Source: Phoronis australis (Eukaryota > Animalia > Phoronida). From it: DNA of 64,000 bases. This document shows positions 25,401-37,320 of this stretch, piece by piece. The stretch is from the NCBI GenBank assembly GCA_002633005.1, contig NMRA01000324.1:438624-502623 (forward strand), read 5' to 3'. Positions within the stretch are counted from its first letter, which is position 1, and each line of letters starts with the position of its first letter. The notes below the pieces were generated by a model. The model saw only the letters and a list, made by a program, of their open reading frames with translations, had not been told where the DNA came from and searched no databases. The translations under genes and the position numbers were made by a program.

Positions 25401-28400
25401 TGATAAAGTGTATGTCCTGTAGGCAATAAATGGAGTATTGTTTTTCTCCTAAATAATATTTTCGTTTTTCATTGAGACCAAGCCCTCTGCAGTTCAATGA
25501 CGTTACTTTAAGTTCAATTGTCATCATTACAACGGTTATGCACATATATCAAATGACAATCAAATAATAATGGTACAATCCTGACCCATTGACATCACAT
25601 ACACATAGAACAAACCAAAAACCATACAAACACATCCACGAGCACATCATAGATTTCTCAGAGTACAACATCGATATGAAATATGATGTAACATAGGATA
25701 GAAAACAGATGAAACTGATCCTCATGGTAAGGCTTATTCTCCCAGTATTTTTCATAATGAGACTATAATAAAAACATTCAGTTTAGAAACATTACCCACA
25801 CGGTCTCATACAAAAAACAAGTAAGGTGAAATTTAAGGACAACTATATTTCGGTTAGGTGATTTGGCACTATAGTATGCGTTTGAGACTTGTCGGGACGC
25901 CCGCACTGGGCAAACAGATCACACACATAAAATAATAAGGTTGCCCGCACTCTGTGGCTATACGCAATATACAGAGCCCTCTCATAAATAGCCTCCCAGA
26001 TAGATTGACCAGCATGAAGCTATGTGAAGCTTAGACCAAAATAGAACAAAATAGAACACAGCTACAACAATAAAACTACGCCACACGGTTGTCACGAACT
26101 TTGACAAAGCCTGAGTAACAGGTATATGTTAGCTCTGAAAACGGTACGTTGGGCACAACAGTTAACGTGAAGAAAAAAGGCTAATCGTATACACAATAAT
26201 GGCTACCGTAAGTACGGAGAATACGTTTGTACTGAGGTCTCTCTACAGGGTTCCAAGTACCTGACAATTATGGTACGCTACACTTGTAGTTTATTAATTG
26301 CACATGGAGTACAGGAGCACTTAAATGTTAAATGGATAATGTGAAGCATTGGAGTTACCGTAAAACTCAATCAACTTAACGGAGAAAGGAAATTCAGCCG
26401 ACTTTCATGCAGACTATAGTACAAACATGAGTATGCTTACCAAAAGCTGAATACAAGACGTTGGAAACAATTGCACTACTATATTACATTCTGCCTTGTG
26501 TGTATAATGTTGAGCTGAGAGAATTAGATGCCCTGTAAATCTTTCATGCTGCTCACCGGTTTAAATTCATTGGCCCAGTTCTTGTGATAAATTCTTCCAT
26601 CATATGTCCAGCAAGTCTGAATCCGGGCGCCCAGGTCTCTACAAGCCTTGCACAACTGTGCTCGTCTTTGGTCAGATTCTCGTTAACGTAGATATTTCCA
26701 GCTTTTCTTTTTATTTCTCATGAATTCAGTTCGCGCATTGTAATTCGTAAATTTAACTATAATTGACCTCGTCTTGGCATTACCTTGGATTTTTTTTACC
26801 TATGTCAGATTTTTCAACAGTAGCACCAATTCGTTTTGCTAGACCAATAACAATGTCGTCTGTGAAAATGGTGAAAAACCAACAAGGTATTTTAGTAATT
26901 TAGAAAAACGTAATTTTGTTAATAAAAATATCTCAAGTTTAATAGACGACAATGGTACATTGATCTGTAGTCAAAAGGGAATTCTGGAAGAAATAAAAAA
27001 TTTTTACTCCAATCTTTATGCCTCAAAAGATCACCACTTTTCCCAATATGATTTAGATGTAATTTTAGAAAACACTGATTCACCAAAACTTGAAGATAAT
27101 ATAAGAGATTCATTGGAAGGAAATATTACTTATGATGAAATTCTACTTGTTCTCAAAAAGATGAAAAATAATAAGACCCCTGGTCCCGACGGTTTTACAG
27201 TGGAATTTTACAAATTTTTCTGGTCAGATTTGGGAGATGATTTAGTAGCAGCTTTTAATTGTATGTTTTCACAGAATTCCCTACCATCCGCTGTAAAACA
27301 AGGTGTGATCCAAATTATTCCAAAAGCTAACAAACCTAGAGAACTACTCAAAAACTGGAGGCCAATTTCATTGCTCAATATAAATTATAAATTAATTTCA
27401 GCATGTATTGCTGAACGTGTTAAGTCTGTCTTAAATTGCTTGATCCACGAAAACCAAAAAGGTTTTATTGTTGGTAGATTTATTGGCGAAAATATTCGNN
27501 NNNNNNNNNNNNNNNNNNNNNNNNNNNNNNNNNNNNNNNNNNNNNNNNNNNNNNNNNNNNNNNNNNNNNNNNNNNNNNNNNNNNNNNNNNNNNNNNNNNN
27601 NNNNNNNNNNNNNNNNNNNNNNNNNNNNNNNNNNNNNNNNNNNNNNNNNNNNNNNNNNNNNNNNNNNNNNNNNNNNNNNNNNNNNNNNNNNNNNNNNNNN
27701 NNNNNNNNNNNNNNNNNNNNNNNNNNNNNNNNNNNNNNNNNNNNNNNNNNNNNNNNNNNNNNNNNNNNNNNNNNNNNNNNNNNNNNNNNNNNNNNNNNNN
27801 NNNNNNNNNNNNNNNNNNNNNNNNNNNNNNNNNNNNNNNNNNNNNNNNNNNNNNNNNNNNNNNNNNNNNNNNNNNNNNNNNNNNNNNNNNNNNNNNNNNN
27901 NNNNNNTACTGGCAATGTGATGTTGTTCAAAAATTTTGGAACAATGTTGAAGGTTGGGTTAGAAACAAAACTAATATTTCCCTTGGTACAAATGTGCTTA
28001 CAGTTTTCTTTGGAAACAGATGTAGAAGCCAGCCAATTCAAAATTTAATCTTGTGTCTCAGCAAGTTCCATTTATATAAGCAACGTCTGAAGGGTAAACC
28101 TCCAAATTTAATTGTATTAACAAAAGAAATTAACAGTTATTACTCCAGTGAAAAACATATTTATTCAAAAAATTTACAAATGGAAAAATTTACAAATAGG
28201 TGGTCACAAATGCATAATTTGATAGCAATGTAAGGATATTTTATCATTCCAAAATACTCTCCCCCCTCCTTTTTTTTCAGAGCCATATACTACTATATTG
28301 TCTTGTATGTTTTTGTTTTCTTTTGTTAAATATATTTCAAAATCCGGTTCACGTATATTTTTAACTTAGCAAACTTTATTTTCATTGAGTTGTAAAGTAA

Positions 28401-29000
28401 GGCAAGGGAATCCCAGACCTTACTTATGTTGAACTGGGAGAATAAAAAATAAAAAAAAATGTCGTCTGTGCACTCCTTCTCAGTTTCTGTTATTCCGCTG
28501 ATTACAACGCAGTTTCGGCGGCTATACTGTTCAAGCTCATCCAAATCAGATTCCAACCTATGTATCTGGGAGCCACTTTCTTGCTTCAACTTGTCGAGTT
28601 GATTTTCAAGTGTTGTTATTTTTTATCCTTTTCAGCAATTTTTGATCGTGTTGAAGCTCTAGTGCTTTATACATTTCAGACAAACCAGCTTCAATTAAGG
28701 GCTTTATCATGAATGTAAACAGTGACTGGATATCTGAGTCCATGAATGCCTCTTTTAGTTCATATTTCAATGACCGAGTCTTCTTGGTGACATTTTGTCC
28801 CTTTCCTGTCAATATGGCGTCCATTGTCGGTTGCTTTAGAAGTTTTTATGACGTCGAAGCTCGGAGTTCACTAGAGTTTCGGCTTGGTGTTCTTTTTCTG
28901 CCACTTGTCGGGGTCTGGTCGTTATGTCTAATCCTGTGAGATGAATTACTGTCGGTTCTTTCTTCAAACTATATAAATTTCGTTACTGTTAGATGGGAGA
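22430..29000 (-). mobile_element. Near full-length decayed L1/Tx1-clade LINE (ORF1 about 28940-26560, ORF2 from about 25525), ORF1 interrupted by a younger LINE
   Basis: ORF1: LESDLDELEQYSRRNCVVISGITE...TDDIVIGLAKRIG...IVKF...NIYVNENLTK. ORF2: SLNCRGL, YCLQDIH, SRGVAIL, AGDF, DVWRE, WIKEGEKPSKYFLHLE, IDFEKAFDSLSW, GCRQGDPLSPY, SQYADDT. Many frameshifts. Confidence 0.9.
26865..28457 (+). mobile_element. Young 5'-truncated L1/Tx1-clade LINE with poly(A) tail and 13-bp TSD
   Basis: TSD AATGTCGTCTGTG at 26852-26864 and 28458-28470. Open RT frame (GEKPTRYF, KTPGPDGFTVEFYKFFW, KNWRPISLLNINYK, QKGF..GRFIGENI) runs to the N-gap. C-terminus ends at 28233, followed by AATAAA and an A-tail. Confidence 0.92.
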
Positions 29001-30339
29001 GTCCGCACAAGTCAGAAAACCAACCTTCCCGCCATGAGGGTCACGTGTAATCCAAAAAAGTGAAAGTTGCAGGTAACTGTGTGCGGCGCGTTGAACAGGT
29101 TTCCACCAAGGTGACAAGGCAGGTTTGGTTGGGGCAGGACTCCATTAACGGAGAAATGAGAGTTACACAGCTACATGGGTATGGAGAGTGAAGCCAAGAG
29201 GGTATTGAAAAGGGAAAGGGACGCTTTTATTTGCACCCAGAAGCTAAAATCATCGCTCTTTCACTAAGCAGATGGGCTCATATCTATATTACAAACTTGT
29301 ATGACCTTTTATTTAAAAAATGCCACCTACATGTAGAAAATAAATAGTGAACACTTGAGGGAGTTACACTTGTATTTGTTTCATTGTGTGTAGTCTAGTC
29401 AGTTAAAGCCACTTTTTAAACGATTCGTTTATTGTGAAAATTGTTTTTGCGCTCTTTCAAAAAAACAAAAGAGAAATTTTATATAGCAATTATTTCGCTG
29501 CCATCTTCGAATTGAGGATGGCGACGGTGAAAATTGAACTACCTTTTCTGTGAATATATAGAAGATTGAAATTGTTGTTTGTCGTATGAGTACCGTGACA
29601 ACTTAAACAGCTTGATAGTATGGAACTAGGAAATCTCTCTTAAAAACTGTAAAAATTAAGTTGTTAATTGCAGTGTTTGAATGAAATTAGTGCATGGATA
29701 CCAGTCACATACTAATTTTTAGAGCACTGAGCTTACGTACTTTAGCAAAACGCTGGATGCCGTGTTATTAGGATATTGATTACAATAACATAGGCTAAGA
29801 GGTACACGTAATTCGCGTTCTTGTTAATAGCTTCCAAACGTTGTTGAAATATTACATCAAGAAAATTTCAAGTGCAACGTAGTCATGGTATTTGTAATTT
29901 ATTTATTTATTCACTTGTTGACTGCAATGTCCAATAACTGTAAAACTTTAAAAAATTGTGAATACTTGACTATTGCACGACAACAAAATGGTAATTGTCA
30001 ATGACTTGCCAAAAATCGGCTGCTCACTCTAGTAAACCCACCCTAAAGTAAGACTTGTTGAAGCAAGTTGACAAGTTACATATTAATATTTAATAACGTT
30101 AATTGCCCCCCCACAAGTTGGCATTCATCACGTAAAACTTGTATCAGTAACTCTAACCGGCTCAGCTTAGAGAAAACGATAAAATAAATGGCAAAGGAAG
30201 GAGATGATTGTTCATAAACACAACATAAAACTGATGGAGGGATAACTAATACGTCCAGATGATTGTGGTATAATTGACGAGAGTGAAAAACAGCTCAAAA
30301 AAGACGCCTTCAATTGACATGCGACACTACAGGAAGATA

Positions 30340-30630
30340 GTTGTCAGCCAGCTAGCCAGCCAGATGGCTGAAGCCTATCGTCAAAATACAGCTAGGTACC
30401 TCTGAGTGTTCAGCGTAGAATTTACAGACAGGCCAGGAATTGCTACTTGTCACCTCGCCGTGAACTTGTATCAACACGTGGAGCTAAAGACCAGCGCTGG
30501 TCAATGCAAAACATGATACTAAATTTGCCCGTTACAGCAATGAGGATAAAATCAGTCTAATAAACGTCATTTTCTTGCGTAATTCTCTGCCTCTTGTACC
30601 AAAGAAAAGCATATTGTGGTTTTGAAAACA
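30340..30630 (-). repeat. Diverged inverted copy of the dispersed repeat also present at about 5700-6450 and 32990-33317/46192-46640
   Basis: Reverse complement contains GCAGAGAATTACGCAAGAAAATGACGT and GGTCTTTAGCTCCACGTGTTGATACAAGTT, matching about 6178/46380 and 6290/46487. Confidence 0.65.
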
Positions 30631-31227
30631 ATATGCTCCCGACATAAGCCTGCAACATTTCCCAGACTTCTGCGACGCTTTTGTGACTCACCAGAACCTT
30701 CTAGTCGGACAACAATCTGCCTGCTTTTGATTTTAGACATTTGAGTTCCTTGTCACTGATTTTAATATTAGCATTGCTGTCTTTCCTATACACAACAGGC
30801 AGTATCTCGGCACAAAAGCTAAATAAGCATGATGAAACACGATCAACCTGAGGACAACCTCAGCTGATTGTGAAACCTAAGCCGCGTTGACTTACACTAA
30901 AACCAGCACCGTCATTGAGAAGATGGCTCTAAATATGCCCAAAATTTAAAAAGAACAAAATGTGGAAAATTTAGTACTTGAATAGGTGCATCAATTTTGT
31001 GCTTTTACAGACCGCTCTCGATCTATTTAATATCTTCTGACAATCGGTCCAAACAGTATGATATTGTGCTCACACTGTACCTTCTGGTTGAATCATTGAA
31101 AGTTTTAATTCTGTCCATTCCTCCCCTTCCCGTACCGTCTGTATCTTCCACTCCTCTATCCCTCTACCTAACTTTGCATCGGTACATTGTATGTCACAAT
31201 CCGCATGTTTTTTTCCAACTTGTATAG

Positions 31228-31545
31228 GCTTTTTGGGAGGTCCGTCGCATTCTCAGGAGGGTTTGCCAGGGTGCTTCAAAGATACAAGTCACGAAAGAGA
31301 TTTGATTGAGCGCATTTACACCGGGAAGAAGAACACTAAAGAGTATTGTACTCGATTGTGTGGAGCTAAAAAGTACGTCTACGCAGCAGTACAAAATGGT
31401 GACACGTGTTGGTGCGGCAATATATATGGGCGATTTGGAAAAGTTGGAGATGACGAATGCAATGTCAAAAAGTGCACGGGGAAATCAGCAGAGTATTGTG
31501 GCGGCCACATGAGAAATTATATTATGGAAACGAATGAAAAACATG
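31228..31545 (+). CDS. Internal exon encoding one WSC (carbohydrate-binding) domain; rest of the gene not identified
   Basis: Pyrimidine tract+TAG acceptor and GTAAGT donor; 318 nt, phase 1-1, open. GCFKD...RDL...NTKEYCTRLC...YVYAAVQNGDTCWCGN...ECNVKKCTGKSAEYCGG matches the 8-Cys WSC pattern. Confidence 0.88.
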
Positions 31546-34500
31546 GTAAGTGCATGCATTCAGCACCGCCATCAAGTAAATATTTTTAACTTCTTATCTG
31601 GATTTATTATCAAACAAATCGATGCTTGCGGTTTTGCGGAAGGTACGAGTCATTTTGGTTGGTGATATGCATCACCTCAAGAGTACCATCAGGCAATTGA
31701 TGATTACCCAATAATATAACGGAATTTAGATTCAAACAATTGATAATTGTCGGCTATACACAACGCATGTGAGTTGAGCTGGAAGCAGAAGATGAGTGAC
31801 GTCATCATGTGTACATTTCCCGACTTTCCCCAGCAGTCATGGTGGTATTGGCCCAATCCTGGGTATTTGCTGCTTCTTACCGCGTGTACCGCATACTGCT
31901 TTACGTTTCTGGGCCAATTGTGGCCCAATACCGTTCAACGACAGCTACCGAGTTAACCCTTCCGTACTGCCCACCCAGTAAACACCCGCTACTGGCTTTC
32001 TAATGCTTGAGCGGTAAACACCAAGTTGAAAACGTGAGGGCTGTTTCAGGCTTGCCCAGAAGAGGGCACTTATTCTTTTAACACTAAAAACAACAAAGTT
32101 TCCTTTAAAAATTTACCATCAGATGTGTGACAGTATTTTTTTTAAGTTTTCATGAAAGAAAACTTAATTACCAGCACTTGTGACACAGGGTAAATTTATA
32201 CTTTTAAGAAAAATGTCGACTTGTGACTCTCATTAAAAAACCGCCATTTTCAAATTATTATTGAAGAACAATTGAGTTGTTTAGAGATTGTCTACAGTTT
32301 GAAACCAGCGTGTGTGACAGAATCGTGAAGGATTTCTACAGTGAACTTCAGATTTCTGGTAAGTTTCGTATTTCTTTACTTTTAATGCTGTGCCAGTGTC
32401 TGTATACAATACTTGATTCATAGCACATACGTCTCAGCTTCTGATCGTTTCCAATATAAATTACAATATAGTACAAGATATGACACTCGGGATTAGGAAT
32501 TCCACGCGTGCTTCACTTCAGCCACCCCTATCAAACACAGAAATCAATAAATGTACACAAAACAGGGGTCCACCTTACCACCAGTAATTGTTTTTTTTTT
32601 CTTCTGATACCATTTAAGCAATTTTGGTGTCCTGCTCCAGCGAGTTTGCAACAAATTCTCAATCAAAGCACAAAATGTGTTCCTAAAACTTGATGCATAC
32701 TGTCAATGTGCCACTCAGAAATTGCGAATTCGTCAGGGAAGGTCAAGACACGAATAACTCAACCTTTTTCTAGATCATTTTGTAATCTTCGACGATGAAT
32801 CGGCAGTTGCTGCCCATCCGTAAGTCATCGAAAAAATCTATATCGACTTGCGTCGGACGCATTGACAGTACGCAACTGCTTTTTGGCCAAAATTTTGTTC
32901 TTCTACCCCGAATTTGTGGTGCACTCGCTTTCCAAAGCAGGACACTGAAAATTCTATCAAAAGAAAGACTTGTGATCATGGTGTGCTGAAACCTAGCTTT
33001 GGTACAAAGCTGTGTGCATAAGTATACAGCTTTGCACCGATGTGGGTAAAAAGGTGGTAAGATAAATTTGTGACACAAAATTAGTGTAATTAAAAACTAC
33101 AATCTTCCTTGAGTGAACTAAATTATTTATCGGTGTTGGAAAAATGGCGTTCTATCGTTATTCTGCTGCTAAAGTTGCGGAGCGATCTTTAGCGACCGCT
33201 TTCGGCGCCATGAAATATTGCGTCACCTATTGGCCACTTTCTTTTTTCGCCGATTCTTCAATCAACTGTTGTTCTTTCACAAAGTTAAGTACACGTCACA
33301 ATAAATTATCGGAACTGGGCCCGGTGCCTAATGTCCGACTCGAACTCGAACTCGGACTCGAAATCTCATTTTCAACTCGACTGGATTCCAAACTCGAAAT
33401 AGGCGTTATGTGCCTAATGTCAGACTCGAAAATTTTTTGACTCGAAATTTGGAGTTTTGACTCCAAATTTCAAGTTTGCTAAGCTAGCGTACTTCAAATC
33501 GCACTCGAAAATAAAAAAATGGCAGACGTTAGACATTATTTAAGAAATAGAGGTAGAGAAAGGGCATTCGCTGCGATACGAAGACCACTTCCAGACCCAA
33601 ACCCGTTGGAGAGCCTGAGTAGCGAGGAAGTATTCCGTAGGTACCGCTTCCTACCCAACACCATAGTCTTCATATTAAATCTAATCAGTCTAAACCAATA
33701 TCACAGCAACACATCGTTACCGCCTCTTTACAAACTCCTCCTGACCCTCCGCTTCCTCGCCTCAGGCTCTCATTACACCCTCATCGGGGAATCTCTGATG
33801 TATGGAAAATCGACAGTGGGACGAGCAATCCGTCAAGTTTGCTGTGCACTGATAAAGACCGCCGGCCACTTTGTGGCATTTCCAACGGGAGATAGTGCAA
33901 GAATAACCTAGTGCCGGTTTTCTGAGTTGTCAGGTAAATATGGATCATTTCTGAATTGTTATTTACTGAGAGTGAGCGGGATTTTCGGCCACACGTTAAA
34001 CACGAACACTAACGCTTGAGGGCGTCGTTGTTTGTTTATAAGTTGACCTATATTTCCGCGCTCAGCCTTTGTAAATTTGCCGAACAACGTGGGCGGAGAT
34101 GGCTTCGTCATCGTGAGTTTTGTGGTCAATTTATCGTGAAAGTTCGTTAAATGTGACCCCTTTAACAGTTTTAGAAAGTTAAGTCAACCATAAGACAAAT
34201 GCCACTTAGTGCATTTGCCTTATTCGGATCAATGTTTGAAACATGACCTCTGTTCTGATCCACAAGGCACTGGTGACTATCGTGTGTCTCGTCGACTTGC
34301 AATGTTGCTGATAGATTCATTTCCCAGCCACAACAGGCGGTAATAATCATTGGTGGCACAGAAAAAGGCAGTGTTTAATGAAAAGAACAGAGAGAGATAC
34401 TTTGATACGAAATACCCACAACAAACAGGAGCCACAGTTTCTTTTCGAGGCTCGTCAATGTCAATTTTGGTGTCAGAAAAGACAACTTAGGACTTCAATT

Positions 34501-34573
34501 TTTAGATAGCTTTTGCGGGGCAATGTCACTTCCATTGCTGCTCGGACCCCTCAGTTTCCGGCAAGTCTCTCAG

Positions 34574-34711
34574 CAGTCCTGTAGTGGTAAAATTAGAGGT
34601 AAGTAGGCGCCCAAAGCCCACCGTATCACCTCGAGCACTGAACGTAACTTACGGTGCGTAGGCGCTATGGTTGGCTGCACCTACGTGCGCCTACGCCCCA
34701 CTACAGCACTG
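34574..34711. mobile_element. 138-bp hAT-type MITE in transposase intron 1
   Basis: TIR CAGT(C/G)CTGTAGTGG; perfect 8-bp TSD TCTCTCAG at 34566-34573 and 34712-34719. Confidence 0.88.
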
Positions 34712-36176
34712 TCTCTCAGTCTTCTAGCTGGCACTCAGTAGCTGACGGTCGCAACTGACAAACTCCACCGCCCAGTATATTTCTACTTTGCTGAGATACT
34801 TTTAACATATCGGAATTCTGAGAAAGTGGCACTGAGACGTAGCCAAAGTACAATAAGTGACACTGTGTTCTTTTCAAAACAATCAATTTTACATTTTGTT
34901 CATTGAATTGCCCCAGGTTGGACCTATTATTCGTGTTGTACCTGTAGCAGAAGCTCTCTAGTAATGGTTATGATGTAGCATTTTTTAATCATAACATACA
35001 GCTTATTTTAAAAAAATGTTTGCTTGGTTTGTGTTCCATACAATCCTATTAACCCGAGATCCTTTCACATTTACTGATTTTGATGTAACACTCGTGATAC
35101 ATACATTCATTGTTTATGACATTTTTAATTCGATTTTATCACAGGTTTCCCGAATGTGTTAGGTGCAATAGACTGTACCCACATCAGAATTCAGAAACCG
35201 GCAGAGGGAAATTCAAATGTCTTTGTGAACCGAAAGATGTTACATAGTGTTAATGTCCAGGTAAATCCAATGTGCTAAAATTTGTAGAACCACTTTTCCA
35301 CTCTGTTTTGCTGCAGTCTCTCTTTTCCTTTTATATATACACTTAATGTTTAAATTAAGTTCATCATGTTACGACAAGTTATTGTTTGAACACTTTTACA
35401 TACAATTAATAGAACCAAGAGAATCGTTTACATCTATGCTGGGCCTACTTACATTTAGCTTAGATCTCTCTCAGATGCTATCATTAATTTTATGAATATA
35501 ACGAAATTCAAAGTAGTACATACATGTACTTTTGGCATAAGGAAATTATAACTTTACTAGCCAAGAAAACTGTCATAAAATATAAAATAGATCTTTAATT
35601 GAGGAAAGCCCACTGCTTTGCTATGAAATTGAATAAATGAATAGATTATTCATATGTAGCAGAGCCAATCGGGCAGGTGTGGTGGCCACTGCACCAATAT
35701 TTTTGGTATGAAAAGAGTGTTTTGAGTCTTTTATAATGCACCGAATGACGTGAGAATTCATATTTCCTTCCAATGTATAACTTAGCCTGTGAATATTAAC
35801 TAGAAATTGGAGTAAAAGCCTTTTGAGTTTAAGAATTGTTGTTGAAATTTTCCAACTTCACATGATGTTGTGAATGACGGGTGTACATACAGGCGGGTCA
35901 GCGGCGTCAAATCCCTCATCGAAAAGTGCGAGGAAATGAATTGGTCGAGTCCCTTTTATTAGTATGAGCGTTAGAAAAGCTAGGCTCAGGATTTTGAACC
36001 ATTCTTGACGGAAGGTGATAAAAATCCTTCAGAAACGTAACATGGTTCACTTTTGAGGTGGAACTTCAATGGAAGAAAATCTCAACAGCACCAGATAATA
36101 TCACCGAAAGAGTAAGCGCCCTCTGCAAAACCGTATGTTCACCAAACTCAACAACAAAATGTATTTAATGAACAAA

Positions 36177-37320
36177 TTTTTATGCGCCCACATATTTATA
36201 TGTGGACGCATTATGCCGTCATCTCCGTCCGTCCGTCCGGGCGGCGTCCGGCGTCCGCTGCTCTATCTCCAAAACCCTTTGACATACGTTCATGAAATTT
36301 GGCACATGTGTTCCATTTATGAATGGGACGGCATGTGCAAACTTTCGGACAAATTCAACTACCGGTGTGCCCCCTAGTGGCAATTTTAATTTTTTACGCT
36401 TAACTTTGTATCTTCAAAAGTCCTGAACGGGTTTTCATGAAATTTGGTATGTAGGCACCTATTAGTGAGATGACGCTATCCTGTCGTTTTCAGATGGATT
36501 CGACATAGTTTGCGCCACCTAGTGGCCATGTTTGGTGTTTTCGAGTCTGTTTTTGTGCGTCCACCCCTCTATCAACCAAACCGCTCAAAGCATGATTGTG
36601 AAAATTGGCATGCATATGCTTACTATGTAGAGGACGGTTGACGATGATTTTCCGACGATTTCGACTACTGTGGCGCCTCCTAGTGGCAGTTTTTTTGCGC
36701 CTAAGGCTGTATCTCCTAAACCGTTCGCAGGATCTTTACGAAATTGTGTAAGTATATTTACATGATGTTAACAACGGAAGATGACGACTTTTGGACGGAT
36801 CCGACTACCGGTGTGCCCCCCAGTGGCAATTTTAATTTGTTTACGCTTACCTTTGTATCTTCACAAGTCCTTAACGGATTTTCATGAAATTTGGTATATA
36901 GGCACCTATTAGTGAGATGACGCTATCCTCCCGTTTTCAGATGGATCTGACATAGTTTGCGCCACCTAGTGACCATTTTTAGTGTTCTCGAGTCTGTTTT
37001 TATGCGTCCACCCCTCTATCAACCAAACCGCTCAAAGGATGATTGTGAAAATTGCCGTGTATGTGCTTACTATAAGGAAGACAGCTGACAACGATTTTCA
37101 GACGATGTGGACTACTGCTGCGCCTCCTAGTGGCAGTTTTGTTTTTTTTTGCGCCCATGGCTGTATCTCCCAAACCGTTTGCAGGATCTTTACTAAATTT
37201 AGCAAGTGTATTTATGTGATGTTGACAACGGACGATGACGACTTTAGAATGATTCTGACTACCGGTATGCCTCTAGTGGCAATTTTAGTATTTTACATTG
37301 ACCTCTGTAGTTTCATAGGT
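36177..37320. mobile_element. HINE/Helentron-like repeat of a second family (truncated) with ~450 bp units made of ~150 bp subunits
   Basis: TTTTTATGCGCCCACAT...ATGTGGACGCATTA hairpin, then a (GTCC)n microsatellite and tandem units starting near 36360, 36808 and 37261. Confidence 0.72.

Noticed and set aside
27385-28048. Long ORFs spanning the N-gap (also 62401-62937)
   Set aside because: Artefacts of translating Ns; only the RT frame before 27498 and the C-terminus after the gap are meaningful.
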